From positions 32,001 through 96,000 of the IMG/VR virus record IMGVR_UViG_3300027859_000890: 64,000 nt of DNA; one strand, 5' to 3'. This stretch comes from a virus. Within the stretch, counting starts at the first letter, position 1. Every line of letters begins with the position of its first letter. Shown in pieces: positions 27,970-37,341 of the stretch. The notes under the pieces are model-generated. The model saw nothing but the letters and a program-made list of their open reading frames with translations. It ran no database searches and had not been told where the DNA came from. The translations under genes were made by a program, and so were the position numbers.

Positions 27970-28632
27970 ATGCAACCATTAAAAGAATATTTTGCAAATT
28001 GGTTTGGCATACAACAAACTGAAGAAATCCGTACAACGGAGGATGATCTCAATGTTATTTGGATACACGGAGCAAATCAAACTAGTTTAAGTTTTAATTA
28101 TTTACGTGAACATACAAACTTCAAAAATGAAATACTTGTAAATTACAGCAGTGCAGATAAATTTGATTATAATTTAGATAAAATAAGCGAACAAATACAA
28201 AATAAAGGACCACACTTTATAATAGGACACAGTATGGGCGGCTTATATGCACTACACCTAACGCAGTTACATAGGATTGTTGCAGGTGTAAGTATAAGCA
28301 CTCCTTATGCAGGAAGCTGGACAGCAGATTGGGCAAAGTATATTGTGCCTAGTTATCCACTTTTCAAAGACATAGGACGTAGGAGTGTACCTGTTAAAAC
28401 TGGTTTAAATATTGATTTAAGTATTCCTTGGACACAGATTGTTACTACAAGTGGGATGGTTCCATATCACGGAGGTCCGAATGATGGTGTTGTTACAATA
28501 GAAAGTATGAAAGCAAGAACTGATATGTTGCAAATAGAACTGCCGCATACACATTATGAAACTATGGTATCAGACAGAGTTGCCGATGTTATTCAGACTT
28601 GTTACTCTCGTGCTTTAGCAATAGAGCATTAA
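27970..28632 (+). CDS. Alpha/beta hydrolase
   Basis: IHGA, GHSMGG, NDGVV, terminal His. Confidence 0.85.
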   Translation: MQPLKEYFANWFGIQQTEEIRTTEDDLNVIWIHGANQTSLSFNYLREHTNFKNEILVNYSSADKFDYNLDKISEQIQNKGPHFIIGHSMGGLYALHLTQLHRIVAGVSISTPYAGSWTADWAKYIVPSYPLFKDIGRRSVPVKTGLNIDLSIPWTQIVTTSGMVPYHGGPNDGVVTIESMKARTDMLQIELPHTHYETMVSDRVADVIQTCYSRALAIEH

Positions 28633-28810
28633 CTTCATCAGTTTTACGTAGCCAGCCTGAATCATCTACTATGAACACATCACCAGGTTTGTATAGGAAA
28701 TTGTCTTTCCTAGTTCCATCTTCTGCAACGCCCATTACTTCACCAGGCCAATCACCTTCTACTTTAAAATGAGGACCTGCTTGGTGTATACTATAGTCCA
28801 TCCAAATCAT
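28589..28810 (-). CDS. Hypothetical protein
   Basis: ATG at 28810 overlapping upstream stop, GGAG RBS. Confidence 0.6.
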   Translation of the reverse strand: MIWMDYSIHQAGPHFKVEGDWPGEVMGVAEDGTRKDNFLYKPGDVFIVDDSGWLRKTDEVNALLLKHESNKSE

Positions 28811-29079
28811 AATGCTTTCTCCACTAGTTGTGCTTGCGGATACTTTAACATAAACCAAGTACCCTTTGTGCTATTAGGTATTTCTACGTAGATGTCACAA
28901 CGGCAATATGTATCGCCAGGTAGAGTTTGACTATTTGAATGTATCCAAACCCAATGCCAGTCATTTTCTTCTACAGTTTTGAAAATATCATCGCCAATTG
29001 CTCGTCTTATCCATAACACTTCCATTGGCTTGTTGACGTGCGACCATTTATATTCGCATTGTCCAATATAATATCTCAT
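28807..29079 (-). CDS. Hypothetical protein
   Basis: Part of minus-strand operon. Confidence 0.6.
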   Translation of the reverse strand: MRYYIGQCEYKWSHVNKPMEVLWIRRAIGDDIFKTVEENDWHWVWIHSNSQTLPGDTYCRCDIYVEIPNSTKGTWFMLKYPQAQLVEKAL

Positions 29080-29087
29080 ACTATTAC

Positions 29088-29213
29088 TTATTGTTCGATT
29101 TTGTCTTCACAATCACATCTGAAACATACATCATTTACACATTCAGGACAATCAGGTTTCTCACAATGGCAGTCGTGTCCGCACGTTTTACACTTGCGAA
29201 CAGGACCACTCAT
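29088..29213 (-). CDS. Cys-rich metallothionein-like peptide (41 aa, not in ORF track)
   Basis: MSGPVRKCKTCGHDCHCEKPDCPECVNDVCFRCDCEDKIEQ; ATGA overlap with upstream gene. Confidence 0.7.
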   Translation of the reverse strand: MSGPVRKCKTCGHDCHCEKPDCPECVNDVCFRCDCEDKIEQ

Positions 29214-29581
29214 CTAGCCGTCCTTTTCTTTAATGGCTGCTTTTCAGGCTTGTTACCCGTACTATCAAATTGTTCATTACTGCTTTGATACTTGCCTACA
29301 ATTTCTTTCAACTCTTCTTTTTGCTCATCGTCTAAATTTTTATCGATTTTTGCACGGTTTTCTAGCACCATACTGAGTTTACTGTTTAATCGTATCATAT
29401 CATTATCTAGCATACGCACACGATCAACAAGTTTGATCAGTGTCCCCATAGTTTCACCTAGCACTGGATCTATTACTGTGGTTACCCATTTCCATATAAA
29501 ATATATAAAGTAGCCCATACCCATAGCGGCAATGATAGGGAATCCATATTCGCTTACTGCCTTTGCTAGATCAAACTCCAT
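29210..29581 (-). CDS. Small membrane protein, YvrJ/holin-like
   Basis: YGFPIIAA TM segment then LVDRVRMLDNDMIRL. Confidence 0.65.
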   Translation of the reverse strand: MEFDLAKAVSEYGFPIIAAMGMGYFIYFIWKWVTTVIDPVLGETMGTLIKLVDRVRMLDNDMIRLNSKLSMVLENRAKIDKNLDDEQKEELKEIVGKYQSSNEQFDSTGNKPEKQPLKKRTAR

Positions 29582-29776
29582 TTATTCTCCGAACATATTA
29601 ATAAGTTCTGGTCCAAAATTACCAGCAGCCCAACCTAGTGCTACAATGGCTACAACTCCCATTACTAACCATTTCATTTTGAAATCGTCTACGTCCATTC
29701 TTAGTGCTACTAGTTCATTGCCTAGTATTCTTACACTTACTTCTAGTTTACCTTTATCATCAGTCGCGTCTGGCAT
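29582..29776 (-). CDS. Small membrane protein
   Basis: C-terminal TM; abuts flanking genes. Confidence 0.6.
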   Translation of the reverse strand: MPDATDDKGKLEVSVRILGNELVALRMDVDDFKMKWLVMGVVAIVALGWAAGNFGPELINMFGE

Positions 29777-30038
29777 CTTCTTTTCCTTCATTTGCTGCTA
29801 TACGATCTATGTTTGGTCTTACATTAAGTGCATAACTTAGTAATGCATCTATTTTAACAAGATCGTTATTCATAGTTTGAACCCTATTATCTAGTGAACC
29901 AATTATGTTCTTTAATGTAGTTACATTTCCTGTAACACCAGCGAGAATGAATTTGAGTGTTAAAAAAACAAATCCACCTGCTGCTAGTGCTCCAGCTATT
30001 GGAAATCCTACATCACCTACTAACGTCAAAAAATCCAT
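29760..30038 (-). CDS. Small membrane protein, paralogue of 29210
   Basis: VGFPIAGA TM segment then LDNRVQTMNNDLVKI; minus-strand TAAATA at 30070-30075. Confidence 0.65.
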   Translation of the reverse strand: MDFLTLVGDVGFPIAGALAAGGFVFLTLKFILAGVTGNVTTLKNIIGSLDNRVQTMNNDLVKIDALLSYALNVRPNIDRIAANEGKEDARRD

Positions 30039-30078
30039 ATTTGTGCGCCCTCACGCTCTGCTATACTTCTATTTAGCA

Positions 30079-31005
30079 TTACAAAACCTTTTTGAAGGGG
30101 CAGCCACGCTCAGGCCAACAGTCGTCCATATTAAAATAAGATAAGAATGATTTTACATCATCTGGACTTAACATTTTTCTTGTATGCGTGTGTAATCCTG
30201 CTACAAAATATTTGTAGCCCATACATTCAGCGGCGTGTTGTAAACTTTTGACGTAAAAGTCAAGTCCTTTTAGTGTTCGTGGATCTTTAAAACAATGTTC
30301 CCAAATAGTAAGTGTGTTTCCTGGTACTTCTCCTGGATCTTGTATATCTTTTGCAATACAAAATATTTCGTATAGATAAAATTCTGCCATATTAGAATAT
30401 TCACCGCACCAACTTAACATCCATTTGTGCAGTTCTTTCTTACCTTTGAAATGTTTTATAAGTTTTTGCACTGATTTTTTCTTCATTATAAACGGTGTAA
30501 TATTTGTACTAAGTTGTAAATGTTGTACACCTCTAAATCTTACATCAAGTTTTGCACAACAAACCATACACCAAGTTCTTAAATAATGATCAGCATAAGA
30601 TATATCTTCTGGGTGTGTTTGTTTTATATCATTAATTCTGCAAGGTTCAACAAAGAAATTTTTACAATCAAACACTGTATAATTTTCTGTAACCACAACA
30701 TCTGCAACAAATAGTTTTAGCATTTGTTGATTATAAATTGGCTCAGTATGTAACCTATGTTCCATATCGTTCAAATCATAATCGTTAAAAAACAATTCCT
30801 TGTGATAAAGTTTTACATCAAACTTTTGCAACAATGGCTCACAGGTATCTTTATACCATTTTCTAAAATGCGGGTATCTTTCTGCATCTTCGTTGTAAAT
30901 GAATATTAATCTACAAGGTTGCAAAAACTTATGTATTGATCTTACAAGTAATTCAAAGTTCCATAAATCTCTGTCACAAACTACACAAACTAATGTTGTA
31001 TTCAT
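30079..31005 (-). CDS. Glycosyltransferase-like protein (DUF6492-like)
   Basis: QQMLKL and VFDCKNFF motifs. Confidence 0.5.
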   Translation of the reverse strand: MNTTLVCVVCDRDLWNFELLVRSIHKFLQPCRLIFIYNEDAERYPHFRKWYKDTCEPLLQKFDVKLYHKELFFNDYDLNDMEHRLHTEPIYNQQMLKLFVADVVVTENYTVFDCKNFFVEPCRINDIKQTHPEDISYADHYLRTWCMVCCAKLDVRFRGVQHLQLSTNITPFIMKKKSVQKLIKHFKGKKELHKWMLSWCGEYSNMAEFYLYEIFCIAKDIQDPGEVPGNTLTIWEHCFKDPRTLKGLDFYVKSLQHAAECMGYKYFVAGLHTHTRKMLSPDDVKSFLSYFNMDDCWPERGCPFKKVL

Positions 31006-31012
31006 AAAAAGG

Positions 31013-31041
31013 TTGACCTCCGTGAATATTTATGTTACACT
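31013..31041 (+). promoter_or_regulatory. Early sigma70-type promoter
   Basis: GGTTGACC-17nt-TACACT with TGn. Confidence 0.55.
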
Positions 31042-31071
31042 ATGCGTGACTGAATATAGAATGGAAAGACA

Positions 31072-31791
31072 ATGGCAACCAGTGAAGAAAAACAAGAATT
31101 AGTTGAAGAACTAAAAGGTCCGCGATTCTACCACGTTACAATTAGTGGGTATGGCGGTGAGTCAGCTTATATGAGTATTAACAAAGAAGCATTTGAATTT
31201 TGGAATCCTATTACAGAAGAAAATGGCGATAGTGATTTAACAAACTATATGGTTAATGCTGAAGATGGCGATTTTGAGTTTGAAGATATCGAACAAGTAC
31301 CTGACAGCGCAGACTTTTTGAAAAGCGCAGATGCTGATGGAGAAGTATGGCGTAGTCCTTGGTACGAAGCACCTACAGAGTTTGAACACAGTTGGGGTGT
31401 TGAATACAACAGTGCAAATATAACTGTTGATGAAGTAGCATCAGATGACTACAGTGCAAAATGGGTTGCAGATGTTATAGAAAATGTAAACATATGCGAT
31501 AGTATCGATAATGAAGAACTTGATATTGAAGTTGAAATGGATGTATGTAGTGAAGCACCAGACGGCACTGAATATATTGCACAAATGTACAGCAGTGAAA
31601 AAGGTCAATTCTTTGATGGCGTTATAGAAACTGTTGGTGACTTTGACATAAACAAACTGAAAATATATACAATGGAATATATGAACGGCGAAGATACTAT
31701 CACTAGTGTAGAATACAACGGTGTTGAAATTGACAACCAAGGCGGTGATACTAATGGCAAGGGCTACTATGGTGCAGTTTGGAAAGCATAA
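31072..31791 (+). CDS. Highly acidic hypothetical protein
   Basis: D/E-rich 239-aa ORF. Confidence 0.7.
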   Translation: MATSEEKQELVEELKGPRFYHVTISGYGGESAYMSINKEAFEFWNPITEENGDSDLTNYMVNAEDGDFEFEDIEQVPDSADFLKSADADGEVWRSPWYEAPTEFEHSWGVEYNSANITVDEVASDDYSAKWVADVIENVNICDSIDNEELDIEVEMDVCSEAPDGTEYIAQMYSSEKGQFFDGVIETVGDFDINKLKIYTMEYMNGEDTITSVEYNGVEIDNQGGDTNGKGYYGAVWKA

Positions 31792-31798
31792 ATAGCAT

Positions 31799-31975
31799 AT
31801 GATAGAATATAAAGTAGAAGAAATATTTGAAGACGATCCAAATAATCCTGATAATGTTCTAATGAAAATTCCAGACGAAATTAGTGAAAAAATGGGCTGG
31901 AAGCCTGGAGATGTGTTGAAGATTACACAAGATAAGGAAGGAAACATCTCCATTACAAAATCCAAAGATGGCTAA
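31799..31975 (+). CDS. AbrB/MazE-like small DNA-binding protein (58 aa, not in ORF track)
   Basis: [22 protein letters not shown]; TAAATA at 31789. Confidence 0.7.
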   Translation: MIEYKVEEIFEDDPNNPDNVLMKIPDEISEKMGWKPGDVLKITQDKEGNISITKSKDG

Positions 31976-32186
31976 AAATAGTGATATAATAGAAGTAGAA
32001 GGCAACATAATAGATGTATTGCCTAATCAAATGTTTAAGGTAGAACTAGACAATAAACACGTAGTCATATGTTACACAGGCGGAAAGATGCGCCAGTTTA
32101 AGATAAGACTAGTTGCAGGCGACAGAGTAAAAATAGAAATGACGCCTTATGATTTAGAAAAAGGCCGTATTACCCGAAGATTATAG
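31968..32186 (+). CDS. infA: Translation initiation factor IF-1
   Basis: [34 protein letters not shown]. Confidence 0.95.
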   Translation: MAKNSDIIEVEGNIIDVLPNQMFKVELDNKHVVICYTGGKMRQFKIRLVAGDRVKIEMTPYDLEKGRITRRL

Positions 32187-32187
32187 G

Positions 32188-32216
32188 TTGACAACCAATC
32201 TAAGGTGTGCTATAAA
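32188..32216 (+). promoter_or_regulatory. Early sigma70-type promoter
   Basis: GGTTGACA-17nt-TATAAA with TGn. Confidence 0.7.
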
Positions 32217-32237
32217 ATTAGTACACAGGAGGGCACT

Positions 32238-32525
32238 ATGGCGATTTTAGAATACAAAAGTTTTGAACCTAAGCAAGTTTTAGATGGTACGCAAGTCATC
32301 TTATTTTTTGGTGACTATGAACTCAGCATTGTAAGACATAGTGGAAGTTATGGTGGCAACAAAGGTCTTTATGAGATCGGAGTGTTCAATGGCAACACTA
32401 TGATTAACTTACCAGGTATCACAGCAGAACACGACACAGTCAAAGGCTGGTTGACAGAAAGTGATGTGGATGATATAATAAAGAAAATGTATTTCTTAAC
32501 AGGCGTATCACCGGAGCAACTATGA
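32238..32525 (+). CDS. Phage hypothetical protein
   Basis: SYGG-x-x-GLYEI, D-x-VKGWLT motif. Confidence 0.7.
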   Translation: MAILEYKSFEPKQVLDGTQVILFFGDYELSIVRHSGSYGGNKGLYEIGVFNGNTMINLPGITAEHDTVKGWLTESDVDDIIKKMYFLTGVSPEQL

Positions 32526-32920
32526 TTTACGTACAAGGCGGCACAAAACAACAACGTAGGTATGCATACAGCATTATAGAGTTTGTATGCAATAAGTTCA
32601 ATATCAATCCTGACATTGAAGTTTACTTTCGCAGGCTTACAAATGAACACAGCCTTGGCGGATGTGTACAAGTAGACAAAGGCGAGTATGAAATTGATAT
32701 AAAACGTAGTTTGCGATTGCGTGATTTATTGACTACAATAGCACACGAAATTGTACACGTAAAGCAATACGAGCTAGGTGAGCTTACACAGAACAACGAA
32801 AGTGATATTGAATATTGGGATAGACCAAGTGAAATAGAAGCACACGGACGTGAAACAGGCTTGTTTATCAAGTGGGCTGAAGCAAACAAACTAGCAAGTA
32901 GGAAGTGGACACAGGTATGA
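32522..32920 (+). CDS. HExxH zinc metallopeptidase-like protein
   Basis: TIAHEIVHVKQ, PSEIEA. Confidence 0.8.
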   Translation: MIYVQGGTKQQRRYAYSIIEFVCNKFNINPDIEVYFRRLTNEHSLGGCVQVDKGEYEIDIKRSLRLRDLLTTIAHEIVHVKQYELGELTQNNESDIEYWDRPSEIEAHGRETGLFIKWAEANKLASRKWTQV

Positions 32921-34116
32921 AGTATCCAGAAACACAACTTAGAAATTTTTTGGTTGAAAAGTTACCATTGAATAAAGAGCGTGTAACTAGACACAACGGT
33001 GAAACACCTGTGCATTTGCGTTTCAAAAGTAATTGTGGACTGAAAACATTTGAGCAGTTGCAAGAAAGTTTGGACAAAGTAGGACTTACCTACAAGTCAG
33101 TGCCTTATAAACATTTCAGTAGAAGTCCTGATTATGGAGATCAAGGATTAGTTGTAGACTTTCAAGGTGAAAAAGTCGGTGTGCAGTTCAATGTGCCAAA
33201 AGATGGTAATATGTCACGTAAACAATTTACACCTGATGCACTCGGATTAAATGGTAAAACATTTGATAACAAGCAAGAGTTTGCAACAGCAGTTAGAGAT
33301 GGTATTAGAAGCAGTGAGTTTGGCGATTTCTTACTAAGTTTGTTATACAATGTAGAAACAGAATGGCCAATTGAAGGTTTAGAAGCTATACGTGAAGCTG
33401 ATGTAAATAGAATTACAAGCGATTACGGTGAAGTTCTTTGTGCATATTCTTTTGTGTTAAAAGGACATACTGTATACTTTCCAGAAGGCAGCAATCACAA
33501 AATTGCAGACTTTTATGTAGATGGACAAGGCGTAAGTGCAAAAGGCAGAGGTACTGGTGGTAAAGTAAATTTAAGTGCATTTGCAGAATTTATTGACACA
33601 TACACTACAACAGGAAAATTTTTACACAGTATTGCAACACACAATAGGAATGACTTTGTAAAATACGCCTCTGAACTTTGTCCTGAAGTAGAAGCAATTA
33701 CTGATTGGATAGGCGGTACAGATAGAGATGCATTAGCAAAGTTTGTTGCTGAAACATCATACAAAGAGTTTTATGATTATATCCAAAAAACACCAGAACA
33801 CAAAGGCTTAGGTATGCCTGATGCAGGTGGACGTCCTGAAGCATTATGGAACGAAGGCAGTTTAGATCCTATTGATTTTACAATCAATACTTTGGTAAGT
33901 CGCTTGTGGGGTGAAACTGCTACCAAAGAAATAAGTACAATTGTTACACAGTTTCTAAATGAACCAATGTTTGTTGTACTTGACATTGAAAACAATCAAT
34001 GTATAATTAAAGAAACTAACTTTAGCGATGTTGCTAATTGGAAAACAGTTTATTGGAGTCGTGCTACAAAAGCGTGGCACAATTGGATGGGCGTTGAGCC
34101 ACTGAAAGGTCTATAA
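32917..34116 (+). CDS. Putative PD-(D/E)xK endonuclease-like protein
   Basis: DYGEV...FPEGSN...ADF...VSAK; directly upstream of a DNA MTase. Confidence 0.45.
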   Translation: MKYPETQLRNFLVEKLPLNKERVTRHNGETPVHLRFKSNCGLKTFEQLQESLDKVGLTYKSVPYKHFSRSPDYGDQGLVVDFQGEKVGVQFNVPKDGNMSRKQFTPDALGLNGKTFDNKQEFATAVRDGIRSSEFGDFLLSLLYNVETEWPIEGLEAIREADVNRITSDYGEVLCAYSFVLKGHTVYFPEGSNHKIADFYVDGQGVSAKGRGTGGKVNLSAFAEFIDTYTTTGKFLHSIATHNRNDFVKYASELCPEVEAITDWIGGTDRDALAKFVAETSYKEFYDYIQKTPEHKGLGMPDAGGRPEALWNEGSLDPIDFTINTLVSRLWGETATKEISTIVTQFLNEPMFVVLDIENNQCIIKETNFSDVANWKTVYWSRATKAWHNWMGVEPLKGL

Positions 34117-35045
34117 TGATTACAACTTATCAAGGTGCTATGCAAGAACAACTTGATAATGTTGCAGATGATAGCATAGATTTATTACTTACTGATCCGC
34201 CATATAATATAAGCGACAAGGGTGCAAAGCCTGAATGGGTTGATAAAGAAACTGGTGAAAACAAAAACACAATACACAATCAAAAGTTTGGTGAAGGTTT
34301 TGAAGAAGATTGGGATAGTGTAACACACGAACAATTTTTATTACAACTTGATGAATGGAGCAAACTTTGGTTTACAAAAATGCGTAAAGGTGCTGCCTTT
34401 GCAGTATTCATAAGTGATCAATATGTATCTTACCTATATAAAATTATGGAGGCAAATGGCTTTGAGCCCAAGCGTGTTTTTACTTGGAAAAAGCCATCAG
34501 CAGTTCCGTTCAATAGGAAAGTAAATCCTGTGAGTGGTTGCGAATATATTTTGTGGGGTATAAAGCCTAAAGGACCAAGAACATTCAATAGTGCTACTGA
34601 CTGGGGCAACATTGTAGATAGATATGCAGTTGCTGATAAAGTTAGTAGTATTGTTTATAAAATGGTAAAAAACAATATAAACAACAAAAGTATGGATGAA
34701 ATTTTTACTGACGCACTATTTGAAGCAGAACAAATGATTGCAAAACGCAAAGTTGAAAATGGCAAAATACAAGCAATTATACCAAATACAATTACATTCA
34801 GTGGAGGCATTGTTAACAAAATACATCCAACGCAAAAGCCAGTGGAATTATTACAATACTTTATTGAATTATTAAGCAACGAAGGTGATACAATATTAGA
34901 TACATTTGCAGGAAGCGGCAGCACAGGACTTGCTTGTAAAGAATGCAATAGAAATGCAATATTGATTGAACAAGATCCAAAGATGTATCAAAAGATGAGC
35001 AAACAATTTGCAACACTAGATAAAACTTTGTTTGAGGAACTATGA
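34116..35045 (+). CDS. DNA N6-adenine/N4-cytosine methyltransferase (beta class)
   Basis: TDPPY, HPTQKP, LDTFAGSGST. Confidence 0.92.
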   Translation: MITTYQGAMQEQLDNVADDSIDLLLTDPPYNISDKGAKPEWVDKETGENKNTIHNQKFGEGFEEDWDSVTHEQFLLQLDEWSKLWFTKMRKGAAFAVFISDQYVSYLYKIMEANGFEPKRVFTWKKPSAVPFNRKVNPVSGCEYILWGIKPKGPRTFNSATDWGNIVDRYAVADKVSSIVYKMVKNNINNKSMDEIFTDALFEAEQMIAKRKVENGKIQAIIPNTITFSGGIVNKIHPTQKPVELLQYFIELLSNEGDTILDTFAGSGSTGLACKECNRNAILIEQDPKMYQKMSKQFATLDKTLFEEL

Positions 35046-35500
35046 TGCAACCACAAGACTTTTATCACGATTTTTTGTTAATTAGAAAAATGAGAGCACC
35101 TACTAGCAAGCGTTATCGTATGCTAGGAGAGCTGTTTGCTGTCAATCCTAATGCGTGGAGAGTAATTGGTATTACCGAAAATGCACTACAGGTTTTTAAA
35201 GAACACAATTTTAAAAGAGTAAGTCGTATGGGTATCAATCGCAGTCACTTAGTTGACCGTATCCAAACTTATACTACTATGCTTGAAGGCCCGCTAATGG
35301 AATGCGATGAATGGTGGAATTTTTATTTAGAAACAGACAAAACTATATTGGCAACTAGCACAGAAAATATGGGCAACAGCGAGTGGAGTAAAGTGTACGA
35401 TATAGACCCTGGTTTAGGTTTGTTTAAATCACAGGGTTTTGCTTGGAGTCACAAAGATCCTGAGATTAGTTTCTTACAAGAAATGGTTGACAATGGATGA
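35042..35500 (+). CDS. Hypothetical protein
   Basis: GAGG RBS, ATGA overlap. Confidence 0.65.
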   Translation: MMQPQDFYHDFLLIRKMRAPTSKRYRMLGELFAVNPNAWRVIGITENALQVFKEHNFKRVSRMGINRSHLVDRIQTYTTMLEGPLMECDEWWNFYLETDKTILATSTENMGNSEWSKVYDIDPGLGLFKSQGFAWSHKDPEISFLQEMVDNG

Positions 35501-35515
35501 TAGTCCTGCTATAAA
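35487..35515 (+). promoter_or_regulatory. Early sigma70-type promoter
   Basis: GGTTGACA-17nt-TATAAA with TGn. Confidence 0.6.
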
Positions 35516-35531
35516 AATATATGATCACTAT

Positions 35532-36257
35532 ATGGCAAAAGTAAAGGCAAAGATAAAAGATATGACAACTTATAAAACAGAATACTTGATAGAGCTTGCT
35601 TATGCGGCTTATAGAGTAAACAAAGGCTATGAAAAACTAACTAAAAGACATAGCGAATCACCGCCTACGTATAGTAACAAAGAACTAATTGCATACACTG
35701 CAAGTTCACAGAACGAACAAAGTCCTTTTATTCCAGAAGACTTTACTCCTTTGAAAGTTGTCAAAGCTGATAAAGATGCAGCCGAATCTGGTGCAAAACA
35801 TATGCGTCGATATACACTTTTGGCTATGGGTGAACTGCCACAATTCGAAGCAGACTTGTTTGCTGCCTACAGCAGTGATGAATTACCAATAGGACGTATT
35901 GGTCTTGTTGCTTATTTGCCAGCGTTTATTGAACGTCAAGTTAAAGATAAAGTGTACAAACAAAGATTGAAAACAGAGTTTGCAAACAGTGTTTGTCTTA
36001 CAGAAAATATTACAGATCCAGTGGATGTTGAAATATTGAAAATTATTCCGTTGAACAACTATGATTTTGGTGATAGTGCCTTTTTGCATTTTGGTGCAAT
36101 AGGCAAAGACCTAGTTTGTTTTACCAAAAAAGAAATGTATGCAATCGGCGAAACATATGAAATTGTTGGTCGTGTAAAAGGTATAGATAAAGAACGAGAC
36201 AGTGGTTTGCCTATGACAAGGTTAAACTATGTAAAGTTACGGAAGCTAAAGGTGTAA
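35532..36257 (+). CDS. Hypothetical protein (start uncertain; possible OB-fold C-terminus)
   Basis: Long ORF after promoter; ends TRLNYVK. Confidence 0.6.
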   Translation: MAKVKAKIKDMTTYKTEYLIELAYAAYRVNKGYEKLTKRHSESPPTYSNKELIAYTASSQNEQSPFIPEDFTPLKVVKADKDAAESGAKHMRRYTLLAMGELPQFEADLFAAYSSDELPIGRIGLVAYLPAFIERQVKDKVYKQRLKTEFANSVCLTENITDPVDVEILKIIPLNNYDFGDSAFLHFGAIGKDLVCFTKKEMYAIGETYEIVGRVKGIDKERDSGLPMTRLNYVKLRKLKV

Positions 36258-36264
36258 ATACAGT

Positions 36265-36477
36265 ATGATTGATATATTTTATAATGAGGTAACCTACTGG
36301 TTACTAGGAACTGCTCTAATTTTTACTTTTGTTGGACGACATTTTCAAGCCAGAAAAGATATGAAAGATGTAGTTGAAGCTACTATTGATAGTTTGGTTT
36401 TGGAAGGATATTTAAGAACAAAAGGTGTAGGCGATAAAATGGAAATTTTAAAGCATTGGGAAAAGGCAGATGATTAA
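36265..36477 (+). CDS. Small membrane protein
   Basis: N-terminal TM; TAAATA at 36255. Confidence 0.6.
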   Translation: MIDIFYNEVTYWLLGTALIFTFVGRHFQARKDMKDVVEATIDSLVLEGYLRTKGVGDKMEILKHWEKADD

Positions 36478-36625
36478 AACTTTTATTGTAGAAACAAGTG
36501 ATATTGAATATCACATTTACGCAATGGATTTAGATGATGCTTTAAATACCTATGATGGAAATGCTGAGGATATTATTTGCATCAAAGAATACGAAAATAA
36601 AAATAGAACAGATACTTTGCATTAG
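36470..36625 (+). CDS. Hypothetical protein (51 aa, not in ORF track)
   Basis: MIKTFIVETSD...TLH; fills the gap between genes. Confidence 0.5.
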   Translation: MIKTFIVETSDIEYHIYAMDLDDALNTYDGNAEDIICIKEYENKNRTDTLH

Positions 36626-36638
36626 GGAGTGTGGACTT

Positions 36639-36842
36639 ATGAGTCACGATTATTTAGGTTTTGATAAAACATTAGATGACGATGATTATGGTTTTATTTT
36701 AGACCAACAAGGTAATCTAAAAGGCATTTGGGTGCCTGCAGGACACGAAGATGAAGATGTTCCAGAACCTATAGTACAATTACTCAAAGAGAAGTGGGGT
36801 GTTGATGTTAACGATGATCGTAATTATGGATATTTACATTGA
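36639..36842 (+). CDS. Hypothetical protein
   Basis: GGGAG RBS, acidic. Confidence 0.6.
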   Translation: MSHDYLGFDKTLDDDDYGFILDQQGNLKGIWVPAGHEDEDVPEPIVQLLKEKWGVDVNDDRNYGYLH

Positions 36843-37069
36843 CACCAATTGAAATTTTTGAGTATAAACTAAACTGGAAGCCTGGTCACACTGTGAGATT
36901 ACACAGTGATTTAAGATCTTATGGCAAAGAATGGTGTAAACAAACATTAGAAAAACACCAATGGGACGTTACTGACTACACCAATGTGTACGAAGATACA
37001 TATAATTTTGAAAACAAATCAGACGCAGATAACTTTAGAACAAAATGGCCGAGGTATACAGACCAATGA
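36839..37069 (+). CDS. Hypothetical protein
   Basis: TTGA overlap. Confidence 0.6.
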   Translation: MTPIEIFEYKLNWKPGHTVRLHSDLRSYGKEWCKQTLEKHQWDVTDYTNVYEDTYNFENKSDADNFRTKWPRYTDQ

Positions 37070-37341
37070 CAGATACATTAACAAAAACTGAAGCAATAGG
37101 AAAGATTACAGCACTTGCAAAAGACATCGATGTCAAAGACACACTGGACTATAGTTTTTTGAATATGTCTGAAGATGATGCTTACGATATGGTTGCAAAT
37201 AACGTACTGACACAAATGTACGAAACACCAGAACAATACAGAGAAACAATTATGATGGCGAGTATGACTAAAATCCTTGTTGAAAGTCTTGTTTTGAAAG
37301 CTAGGATCCAATCACTTGAAAAAGCAGCCAGAGAAAGATAA
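37066..37341 (+). CDS. Hypothetical protein
   Basis: ATGA overlap, GAGG RBS. Confidence 0.6.
   Translation: MTDTLTKTEAIGKITALAKDIDVKDTLDYSFLNMSEDDAYDMVANNVLTQMYETPEQYRETIMMASMTKILVESLVLKARIQSLEKAARER

Noticed and set aside
29091-29288. Plus-strand 65-aa ORF in the track
   Set aside because: It is the antisense shadow of the minus-strand Cys-rich peptide and its upstream gene.
31441-31965. 174-aa minus-strand ORF, and similar antisense ORFs across the window
   Set aside because: They are shadows of well-supported plus-strand genes with no RBS or motifs.
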